A stretch of DNA of 64,000 nucleotides from an uncultured Syntrophothermus sp. (GTDB lineage Bacteria > Bacillota > Syntrophomonadia > Syntrophomonadales > Syntrophothermaceae): the NCBI GenBank assembly GCA_964405385.1, contig CAYONS010000002.1:5019-69018 (forward strand), written 5' to 3'. Of the stretch, positions 28,037 through 35,253 are shown in pieces. Every line of letters begins with the position of its first letter. The first letter of the stretch is position 1. A model generated the notes under the pieces. It saw only the letters and a program-made list of their open reading frames with translations. It was not told the origin of the DNA and ran no database searches. The position numbers were made by a program, and so were the translations under genes.

Positions 28037-28275
28037 CCACTGATTAACATAGATTGGACACAGATGTTATTTTTTGACCCTGATTAACGCAGATTTTTTC
28101 TAAAATAGATTTTTCCCAACATATTGACGGAAGATCAAAGTTTTCATCCTCTAGCGGTGATTAAAATCGGTGTTAATCAGTATTAATCAATTATAAATCT
28201 CCGTAAATCAGTATTAATCTGCGTAAATCTGCGTCAAATCGCCGTCAATAATTGTTAATCAGTGCTAATCTGTGG
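28037..28275. repeat. foldback repeat element, copy B (largest): inverted arrays of 10-bp GATTAAC / GTTAATC units around a 52-bp conserved core
   Basis: Left end is CCACTGATTAAC and right end is GTTAATCAGTGCTAATCTGTGG. The right arm holds ~11 consecutive TTAATC/TAAATC units at 10-11 bp spacing (28157-28275). Confidence 0.85.
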
Positions 28276-28299
28276 CAACCGGGAAGAAAGAGATGGCTT

Positions 28300-29355
28300 A
28301 TGAGTGACGTGGATAGGGTCATAGCCGAATACGAAAATACGGGTTCCTTGTCAAAGGCAGACGTGGAGTTCCTGCTCAGCTTGGAAGACGAAAAAGACCT
28401 GCAAAAGCTGTTTTCTCAGGCCAATGAGGTGAGAGAACGCAACGTGGGCGGCGAGGTCCACCTGCGCGGGATCATTGAGTTTTCAAACTACTGCTCCCGC
28501 GCCTGCCTGTACTGCGGTATCAGCCGTCACAACAGAGGGTTAGCCCGTTATCGCATGGATACCGAAGAGATTCTCGAGACGGCGGAACAAGCGGTTTCTA
28601 TGGGGTTTAGGACTATAGTCCTACAGTCGGGAGAAGATCCCTTCTTCACGACGTCGATCATAGCCGGACTGGTCTCGGAGATCAAGGCGATGGATGTGGC
28701 GGTCACATTGAGCGTGGGGGAAAGGAGCCGCGAAGATTACGCCGCCTGGAAAAAGGCAGGAGCCGACCGTTATCTCTTGAAGTTTGAAACATCAGACCCG
28801 GAGCTGTACCGGCGGCTGCGGCCCGGATGTTCCTTGGTTCAAAGACTGGAATGTTTGTATCAACTGAGGGATCTCGACTATGAGGTTGGTTCAGGCATCA
28901 TGGTCGGCCTTCCCGGCCAAACCCTGGCCAGCATAGCCGACGACATCTTTCTCATGAGAAAGTTAGGGCTTTCGATGGCCGGTATCGGTCCCTTTATCCC
29001 GCATCCGGCTACTCCGCTGGCCTCGTGCCCAGCCGGTACTGCGTCTTTGACCCTGAAGGTATTAGCCGTTACCAGACTATTGCTGCCATGGGCGAATCTT
29101 CCCTCTACCACGGCCCTGGGTTCAATTGATAAAGAAGGGCGGCGCGAAGGATTGTTGGCCGGGGCCAACGTCTTGATGTTGAACCTTACTCCCCTGAAGT
29201 ACCGCCGGTTATACGAGATCTATCCGGCCAAGGCGGAGGCTGAAGATGATCCCGCGTCTCTCAAAGCCGCGGCCGTGGAGCTTGTCACCCGGTTGGGCAG
29301 GCGCGTGTCGTCAGGGTACGGTGAAGGGAAGAAGGGGGTAAGAATTGAGAATTGA
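28300..29355 (+). CDS. hydE: [FeFe]-hydrogenase maturase HydE (radical SAM)
   Basis: Contains the CSRACLYC radical-SAM motif and is BioB/HydE-like. The start is trimmed to ATG 28300 (MSDVDRVIAEY), because the track TTG 28252 lies inside the repeat element. Confidence 0.88.
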   Translation: MSDVDRVIAEYENTGSLSKADVEFLLSLEDEKDLQKLFSQANEVRERNVGGEVHLRGIIEFSNYCSRACLYCGISRHNRGLARYRMDTEEILETAEQAVSMGFRTIVLQSGEDPFFTTSIIAGLVSEIKAMDVAVTLSVGERSREDYAAWKKAGADRYLLKFETSDPELYRRLRPGCSLVQRLECLYQLRDLDYEVGSGIMVGLPGQTLASIADDIFLMRKLGLSMAGIGPFIPHPATPLASCPAGTASLTLKVLAVTRLLLPWANLPSTTALGSIDKEGRREGLLAGANVLMLNLTPLKYRRLYEIYPAKAEAEDDPASLKAAAVELVTRLGRRVSSGYGEGKKGVRIEN

Positions 29356-29445
29356 GAATTGAGAATTAAGAATTACGAATTGAGAATTGAGAGTTAAGAA
29401 TTGAGATTTGGGGATTTGAGAGTAGAGGGTAAGAATCAGAAATTA
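29341..29445 (+). repeat. heptanucleotide tandem repeat (AGAATTG)n, ~10 good + ~5 degenerate units
   Basis: AGAATTG x3, AGAATTA x2, CGAATTG, AGAATTG, AGAGTTA, AGAATTG, AGATTTG, then decaying units. The hydE stop (29353-29355) lies in unit 2. Confidence 0.95.
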
Positions 29446-29472
29446 ATGGTACGAGTGAGGAGATGAGGAGAA

Positions 29473-30879
29473 ATGGCATATCAGGCGGTTGATTTTATTA
29501 ATGAAGAAGAAATATGGTCTCTTTTGGAACAGGGAAGAAAGTTCAGCAAAGAAGACATCCGTAAGATCATAGAAAAGGCCCGCGAAGCCAAAGGACTGGA
29601 GCCTATCGAAGTAGCGGCCCTGATCCAGGTTGAGGACCCGGAGCTTTTGGAAGAGATGTACGCCACAGCCCGGGAGATCAAGGAAAAGATCTACGGCAAA
29701 AGAATGGTTTTCTTCGCTCCCCTGTACATCAGCAACTACTGCATAAACGACTGCGTGTACTGCGGGTACCACCGTTCTAACAAGAACTTGACCCGGCGCA
29801 AGCTGACCATGGATGAAATAGCCGAAGAGGTCCGCATCCTGGAGCAGATGGGGCACAAGCGCATAGCCCTGGAGACCGGGGAACATCCTGTCGAGTCTCC
29901 TATCGAATACGTGGTGGAGGCCATGCAGACTATTTACAGCGTGCGCGAGGCCAACGGGAATATACGCAGGATCAACGTCAACATCGCAGCGACCACAGTG
30001 GAAAACTACCGCAAACTGAAAGAGGCCGGTATCGGCACCTACGTTCTCTTCCAGGAGACTTATCACCACGAGACGTACGCCAAGATGCATCCCAGCGGCC
30101 CAAAATCGGATTACCTGTTCCACTTAACCGCTATGGACCGGGCCATGCAGGGCGGCTGTGATGACGTGGGGTTGGGCGTTCTTTTCGGACTCTTCGATTA
30201 CCGTTTTGAAGTAATGGGCCTGCTGATGCACGCCAGGCATTTGGACCAAACTTTCGGTGTAGGTCCCCATACCATATCATTCCCGCGCCTGCGGCCGGCA
30301 GAAGGGGTTTCTCTTGATAACTTCCCTTACCTGGTTTCTGACGACGATTTCCGCAAGATCATCGCGGTTATGCGGCTGGCAGTACCTTACACAGGCATGA
30401 TACTTTCTACCCGCGAGGCTCCCGGTTACCGTGACGAGCTGTTCGGGCTAGGCATATCCCAGATCAGCGCCGGTTCCTGCACGGGCGTCGGTGGATACCG
30501 GGAAGAAAAAGAAGGCGGCAGCGCTTGCAATACGGCCCAGTTCGAAGTGGCAGACGAAAGAAGCCCCGACGAACTCATCCGCAGCCTATGCCTGTCCGGC
30601 TACATTCCCAGTTACTGCACGGCCTGTTACAGGAGCGGACGCACCGGGGACCGTTTCATGGCCCTGGCGAAAACCGGGCAAATCTCCAACGTATGTCAGC
30701 CCAACGCCATACTGACCTTTAAAGAATACCTGGAAGACTACGCCTCCCCGGAAACTAAAGAGGTCGGGGAAAAGACTATCCAGGAACATCTCGGCTACAT
30801 CAAGAGCGATAAGGTCAGGGCCAAAACCGTAGAAAGGCTCCAAATGATCGAAGCCGGAGCCAGAGATCTATACTTTTAG
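29473..30879 (+). CDS. hydG: [FeFe]-hydrogenase maturase HydG (radical SAM tyrosine lyase)
   Basis: 468 aa. Contains CINDCVYC (radical SAM) plus the C-terminal CTACYRSG...C auxiliary-cluster motif. A GAGGAG SD is present. Confidence 0.92.
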   Translation: MAYQAVDFINEEEIWSLLEQGRKFSKEDIRKIIEKAREAKGLEPIEVAALIQVEDPELLEEMYATAREIKEKIYGKRMVFFAPLYISNYCINDCVYCGYHRSNKNLTRRKLTMDEIAEEVRILEQMGHKRIALETGEHPVESPIEYVVEAMQTIYSVREANGNIRRINVNIAATTVENYRKLKEAGIGTYVLFQETYHHETYAKMHPSGPKSDYLFHLTAMDRAMQGGCDDVGLGVLFGLFDYRFEVMGLLMHARHLDQTFGVGPHTISFPRLRPAEGVSLDNFPYLVSDDDFRKIIAVMRLAVPYTGMILSTREAPGYRDELFGLGISQISAGSCTGVGGYREEKEGGSACNTAQFEVADERSPDELIRSLCLSGYIPSYCTACYRSGRTGDRFMALAKTGQISNVCQPNAILTFKEYLEDYASPETKEVGEKTIQEHLGYIKSDKVRAKTVERLQMIEAGARDLYF

Positions 30880-31761
30880 ACACCAGGGCGAAGCACCGGC
30901 TAATCCCCATACGATGCCTTCGAGCAGATCGCTTTCGCTCACGGTTACCTCGTCCTTGCCGAACCCTTCCATGATGACAAGGACGATGAGCACCCCCTTG
31001 ACTACTATATCCGCCCGTTCCGGCTGCAGTCCCGGCAGCCGGCGGCGGAGGTCGAGGGGCATACTGTCAAGCATCTGATACAAATCCTCCACGTCGCGGT
31101 AGGTCAGTTTCTGGCCGTGCACCAGGTCCGGATCATACTGGGTTAGCCCTTTCTTTATAGCCACCAGAGTGGTAGGGGTCCCTCCAGTCAGTACCAGCGG
31201 GTTCTTTTGAAACCGGGGCGCGAGCTTGAGCACTTCGCTTAGTTCGGCCCAGATTTCTTCCTTTGACCAGTTGCCTTCAGTGGCCTTGACCGCCCCTACC
31301 TTGACGCTTTTTATTACCGGGTTTTCCCCTGCATATATGAACTCCGTGCTTCCTGCTCCGAGATCCGCCACTAGAGGAAGTTCGCGGAAACTAAGACTCC
31401 GGGCCACTCCTTCCCACACCAGCCGCGCTTCTTCTTCCCCGTCTATAACCTGTATAGACAGCCCGGTTTCTTCTTCAGCCACCGCCAAAAAGTCTTCCCG
31501 GTTAACCGCTTCCCGAACCGCACTGGTTGCCACCACCCTATAGGAAGTCACCTGGTAGCCGTGGATTATATCCCGGAAATTCAAAAGGCAGTCGACGGTT
31601 CTCTTGATAGCCTTAGGGTGGAGCCAACCGCTCTCCAAAAGCCCCTCTCCCAGGCGGGTAGATACCACTTTCTTGAGAACGGCCACCAGCCTGCCTTCTA
31701 TGATCTCGGCTATTAGAAGCCTGCAGGAATTGGTGCCGATATCGGCTGCTGCAATTCTCAA
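30868..31761 (-). CDS. Ppx/GppA-family phosphatase
   Basis: Contains the AAADIGTNSCRLLIAE ASKHA-fold motif. The start is set at TTG 31759-31761 after a GAGGTGG SD; the track ORF begins 12 codons earlier. Confidence 0.8.
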   Translation of the reverse strand: MRIAAADIGTNSCRLLIAEIIEGRLVAVLKKVVSTRLGEGLLESGWLHPKAIKRTVDCLLNFRDIIHGYQVTSYRVVATSAVREAVNREDFLAVAEEETGLSIQVIDGEEEARLVWEGVARSLSFRELPLVADLGAGSTEFIYAGENPVIKSVKVGAVKATEGNWSKEEIWAELSEVLKLAPRFQKNPLVLTGGTPTTLVAIKKGLTQYDPDLVHGQKLTYRDVEDLYQMLDSMPLDLRRRLPGLQPERADIVVKGVLIVLVIMEGFGKDEVTVSESDLLEGIVWGLAGASPWCLKV

Positions 31762-31830
31762 AACAACCACCTCGAGGCGAAAAAAATAAAAAGACACTCG
31801 CTACCGAGTGTCGCTTGTGAGACGAATCTG

Positions 31831-32214
31831 CTAGGAATAACGGTTCCTTCTTCTGGTATCCCGCTTTAGCTTAAGGGTCGCCAGCTTTTCGTCGCTTTCT
31901 TTCAAAAACTTGCTTATCTTGTCCTCCAGACTCATGGCTGCGGCTTCCCGATGTTGCCTTTCCCTTTCTCTGGCTTGCCGAACGGACAACCCAACCCTTC
32001 CGTTATCAGCCACATTCAATACTTTGACCTTGACCCTCTGACCCTCCTGCAAAAAATCCTTCACGTCTTTCACGTAGGTGTCGGCGATCTCCGATATGTG
32101 TACTAATCCAACCCTGCCGTCCGGAAGCTCCACGAAGGCTCCAAACCTGGTGATCCCCTGCACCACTCCCTCCACAATCGCGCCCGGAATAACTTGTTGC
32201 TGTTCAATAGGCAT
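31831..32214 (-). CDS. yabR: S1 RNA-binding domain protein (YabR-like)
   Basis: 127 aa. GAIVEGVVQGITRFGAFVELPDGRVGLVHISE is an S1 domain. It occupies the conserved position after divIC. Confidence 0.85.
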   Translation of the reverse strand: MPIEQQQVIPGAIVEGVVQGITRFGAFVELPDGRVGLVHISEIADTYVKDVKDFLQEGQRVKVKVLNVADNGRVGLSVRQARERERQHREAAAMSLEDKISKFLKESDEKLATLKLKRDTRRRNRYS

Positions 32215-32276
32215 ACAGATATATGGCCCCCCAATTCTAGTTATGGCTTAATTTTACTAAGATGCGGTGGCCTCTG

Positions 32277-32615
32277 TCAATATCCCGCGCCAGCCGAACT
32301 TTCTTCCGGCAGTACCTTGACCAAGACCTTTTCTCCCGGCCTAACCATTCCCAGTTGTTCGCGGGCCATTTTCTCGATAGCTTCGTCCGTGTGCAGCTCA
32401 CGTTCTATACGGATAAGTTCTGCCTTTTTCTTCAGCAGTTCGGCTTTTTGCTCTTCTAATGCCTGGATTTCCTGGTGCATCTCCCACAATGTTTTTACCT
32501 GAGGGCCAAACCAAAAAGCTAAAAACGCAAGGGCCAAGGCTAATACAAAAAGTTTCCTTTTCCTCTTGCCCCGGGAAAGCCCCGGTCTATCCTTTGTCCG
32601 GTATTTCGTCCTCAT
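32277..32615 (-). CDS. divIC: septum formation initiator (FtsB/DivIC family)
   Basis: 112 aa with a basic N-terminus, one TM segment and a coiled coil (EIQALEEQKAELLKKKAEL). Its synteny with yabQ and yabR fits. Confidence 0.8.
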   Translation of the reverse strand: MRTKYRTKDRPGLSRGKRKRKLFVLALALAFLAFWFGPQVKTLWEMHQEIQALEEQKAELLKKKAELIRIERELHTDEAIEKMAREQLGMVRPGEKVLVKVLPEESSAGAGY

Positions 32616-32829
32616 CTTCCGCCCCCATAACGCCCAAAACTTGGCCGGGAATGACTATCACAACCTCGTAGCCTTTGCTCCGGGCCCGGTTGTAAAGAGT
32701 CGCTACGGTGCTGGCGCTGATACCTAAGGTTCGGGCGATAGCCTCTGTGCTCCTGCCCATCTCTTTGAGCACGACTACCTGGCGTTCCCGGAAACTGAGT
32801 TTTTCAGCGCCTCTGATCTCAATCTTCAT
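32587..32829 (-). CDS. small LuxR/sigma-70-region-4-type HTH protein
   Basis: 80 aa. LSFRERQVVVLKEMGRSTEAIARTLGISASTVATLYNRARSKG is an HTH. Confidence 0.6.
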   Translation of the reverse strand: MKIEIRGAEKLSFRERQVVVLKEMGRSTEAIARTLGISASTVATLYNRARSKGYEVVIVIPGQVLGVMGAEDEDEIPDKG

Positions 32830-32948
32830 CTATAGCTGCCACCTGATGTCCACATTTTTTCCACAGGTTGTGTATAAATTTATTACGGTTCTATTACAAT
32901 TCTTCATCGGCGTCTTATCTCCTGCCGGGCGAAAATTTTTTTTTGCGC

Positions 32949-33386
32949 CTATTTAATCTCCTCGTCATCCGGCCCTTTATAATTGGCAAATAAAGCCCAG
33001 ATCTGGGATTTCGCGGATCTATACGCATTAACCCAGGGATAAGACAGAGAGCGAAATACTTGGGAACAAACCCGCGTCAGACCTTCGGCCGCAGCCGACA
33101 TAAGTTTGTCCGTTTTTTTCCACAGATACATACGGTAGATCAACGCACCAAGAATCAGAGCCACAAGCACGTGGCTCCTCATTTCCCCGTGATTTATTAA
33201 CAACAGAGCCAAGAAAACAGGCACTACCATCAACAGCCAGAATAAGAGGTCAAAAAAATACAAGGCAAACCGGCCGAGCCCGATTCTTTTCATGATGACA
33301 TGATAGGCGTGAAAGAACATCCCCAGCAAAAGACCTAGCGCGACGGTCAGCGTAAATTCGGTGGTTTGAGAGACCAGCAGCTTCAA
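32949..33386 (-). CDS. yabQ: spore cortex biosynthesis protein YabQ
   Basis: 145-aa polytopic membrane protein directly downstream of yabP. Confidence 0.75.
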   Translation of the reverse strand: MKLLVSQTTEFTLTVALGLLLGMFFHAYHVIMKRIGLGRFALYFFDLLFWLLMVVPVFLALLLINHGEMRSHVLVALILGALIYRMYLWKKTDKLMSAAAEGLTRVCSQVFRSLSYPWVNAYRSAKSQIWALFANYKGPDDEEIK

Positions 33387-33433
33387 GCCCGGGCCCTCCT
33401 TCCCTAAAGCCTCCCCGTGATCCGGCTGCGGCC

Positions 33434-33706
33434 CTATCGCAAAAGGCGCTCGAATACTCTGCGGCTCTTGTCCTTAAGCCTCTGCTGAACAGGCCTATAC
33501 TCTAGACTGGTAAGCCTGCTCCCTTCTACAGCAACTATTCCCTGCTCCAGATTGAGCTGAGTGATGTGCAGGTCTTCCCCCCGCAAGAACAAAGGCCCTT
33601 GTACTGTATTCAACACGATCTGGTTGTCGTCAAAGCTATCCACGTTGGTTACCCCGGTCAAACTAAGATGCTGGCAGTTGGTCAAGGTTAGAGAATGATC
33701 GGCCAC
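33434..33706 (-). CDS. yabP: sporulation protein YabP
   Basis: 90 aa. The LTLTNCQHLSLTGVTNVDSFDDNQIVL pattern is typical of YabP. Confidence 0.8.
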   Translation of the reverse strand: MADHSLTLTNCQHLSLTGVTNVDSFDDNQIVLNTVQGPLFLRGEDLHITQLNLEQGIVAVEGSRLTSLEYRPVQQRLKDKSRRVFERLLR

Positions 33707-33790
33707 GTCCTACCCCTCCTCGGCCTGTACTCATGACCAATATATGTGGGCGTCTTTTTCTATAGAACCTAAACCCGTCAAAAGATCAAG

Positions 33791-33815
33791 AAAAAAACCG
33801 CCCCTTTTGCGGGCG
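33791..33815 (-). terminator. possible intrinsic terminator after yabO
   Basis: Minus strand: CGCCC-GCAAAAG-GGGCG followed by GTTTTTTT. Confidence 0.5.
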
Positions 33816-33840
33816 ATTCAGGGTATGTATCCTACGCACT

Positions 33841-34089
33841 TCATGAATCCTCGATTATCTGGTACAGCCGGGCCGCGTCCGAAGCCCGGACCGTTTCTTT
33901 TACCTCCAGCACCTTGACCACCATTTTTCGCACCCCGAACTGGATGGTGATGAGGTCTCCCGGGTGCACCTCAGTGGCCGGTTTGGCCACTCTCCCGTTA
34001 ACCAGCACCCTCTCATGGTCGGCAAAGTCCTTGGCCACCGTCCGGCGTTTGATGAGGCGTGACACCTTGAGGAACTTATCCAGTCTCAC
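33841..34089 (-). CDS. yabO: S4-domain RNA-binding protein (YabO/Hsp15-like)
   Basis: 82 aa. MRLDKFLKVSRLIKRRTVAKD...VLVNGRVAKP is an S4 motif. Confidence 0.85.
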   Translation of the reverse strand: MRLDKFLKVSRLIKRRTVAKDFADHERVLVNGRVAKPATEVHPGDLITIQFGVRKMVVKVLEVKETVRASDAARLYQIIEDS

Positions 34090-34090
34090 T

Positions 34091-34363
34091 TTATCCGATC
34101 GCGTCCTTGAGCGCTTTTCCCGCCCTGAAAGCAGGTATCCTGGTAGCCGGGATCTCGATCTCTTCTCCGGTCTGCGGATTCCGCCCCTTTCTTGCTTGCC
34201 TCTCCCTTACCTCAAAAGTGCCGAATCCGACCAGCTGTACCTTGCTGCCATCCCTCAGGGCTTCTTCTATGGTGGCAAAGAGAGTGTTGAGAACCTTCTC
34301 TACGTCCTTCTTGGTCATGTTCGCCTTACTCGCCACTCGGGCAACGAGATCCGTTTTGTTCAA
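34091..34363 (-). CDS. hup: HU-family nucleoid DNA-binding protein
   Basis: 90 aa. Contains MNKTDLV...[32 protein letters not shown]. Confidence 0.95.
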   Translation of the reverse strand: MNKTDLVARVASKANMTKKDVEKVLNTLFATIEEALRDGSKVQLVGFGTFEVRERQARKGRNPQTGEEIEIPATRIPAFRAGKALKDAIG

Positions 34364-34441
34364 GCCTATCCCCTCCTTTACTATAGACTATAGTGCCTAT
34401 TCGCTACCAAAGCTTTCTTTCCTTCTTTGGTTGCAAACTTT

Positions 34442-35230
34442 TTACACATCATCCTTAAAAACGTGAGACTTGGCCTTTTCCCACAGCCCATCGAGCTCTT
34501 CCAAGCTCATCTCGTCCCAGGTTTTCCCCTGACTTATGAGGCTGTCCTCTATAAAGTTGAACCTACGCTCGAACTTGTCGTTGGTTTTCTGCAAAGCCTC
34601 CTCGGGATCTACCCCCAGGAAACGAGCAACATTAACCACGGCAAAAAGTATGTCCCCCATTTCTGCGGCCACATTTTCCGGCCGCTTGGCTTCAGCCAGT
34701 TCCCTTATCTCTTCCGCCACTTTCTCTAAGGCCCCCTCGACATCAGGCCAGTCGAAACCGACCCTCGCGGCCTTGGCCTGGAGCTTTTCCGCCCTCATCA
34801 ATGCCGGTAAGCTCTTGGGGATGCCTTCTAAAACCCTCTTTTTCCCTTCCTTTTTCTTGAACCCCTCCCATCTATCCAGTACCTCGCTGCTAGTCGAGAG
34901 GATCAGAGATCCGAAAACATGAGGATGTCGGCTAATCATCTTTTCGGTGACACCTGCTATCACGTCGTTGATATCAAACACCTGCTCCTTGGCAGCCAGC
35001 ACGGAGTGAAACACCACCTGGAGGAGGACATCTCCCAGCTCTTCTTTCAGCTTGTCCATGTCGTTGGCCCACACGGCATCTACCACTTCGTACGCTTCCT
35101 CGATGAGATACCTGGTCAACGAGGCATGGGTCTGTTCCCGGTCCCAGGGGCAGCCTTCCGGGGAAAGCAACTTCTCCATGACCTCTACTAGCCGGTCCAA
35201 AGGATACTTGCTCATGGCGCAGACCTCCAT
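34442..35230 (-). CDS. mazG: MazG-family nucleoside triphosphate pyrophosphohydrolase
   Basis: 262 aa with tandem MazG EEAYE/EExGD motifs (LIEEAYEVVDA, EELGDVLLQV, EMGDILFAVVN). Confidence 0.9.
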   Translation of the reverse strand: MEVCAMSKYPLDRLVEVMEKLLSPEGCPWDREQTHASLTRYLIEEAYEVVDAVWANDMDKLKEELGDVLLQVVFHSVLAAKEQVFDINDVIAGVTEKMISRHPHVFGSLILSTSSEVLDRWEGFKKKEGKKRVLEGIPKSLPALMRAEKLQAKAARVGFDWPDVEGALEKVAEEIRELAEAKRPENVAAEMGDILFAVVNVARFLGVDPEEALQKTNDKFERRFNFIEDSLISQGKTWDEMSLEELDGLWEKAKSHVFKDDV

Positions 35231-35253
35231 ATTAACTTAACTGTCGCCGGAAT

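Noticed and set aside
28157-28275. Possibility that the regularly spaced TTAATC arrays (also at 14761-14824 and 40956-41030) are a CRISPR array.
   Set aside because: The period is only 10-11 bp, there are no unique 25-40 bp spacers, the repeat units are degenerate, and no cas genes are present in the window.
29341-29445. Heptamer array as a TRAP (trp attenuation protein) binding site.
   Set aside because: TRAP needs (G/U)AG triplets with 2-3 nt spacers, whereas the spacer here is 4 nt. The genomic context (hydE/hydG) is unrelated to tryptophan metabolism. I kept only the more general idea of a periodic-triplet RNA-binding track.
29443-30123. 226-aa minus-strand ORF overlapping the 5' half of hydG.
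   Set aside because: It is antisense to a textbook HydG sequence. Its translation has no recognisable family features, and it starts inside the heptamer repeat.
30868-30879. 12-nt overlap of the convergent hydG and ppx-like stop regions, considered as a possible antisense regulatory arrangement.
   Set aside because: Short convergent overlaps are common in compact genomes, no hairpin or other signal is present, and there is nothing to test beyond the coordinates.
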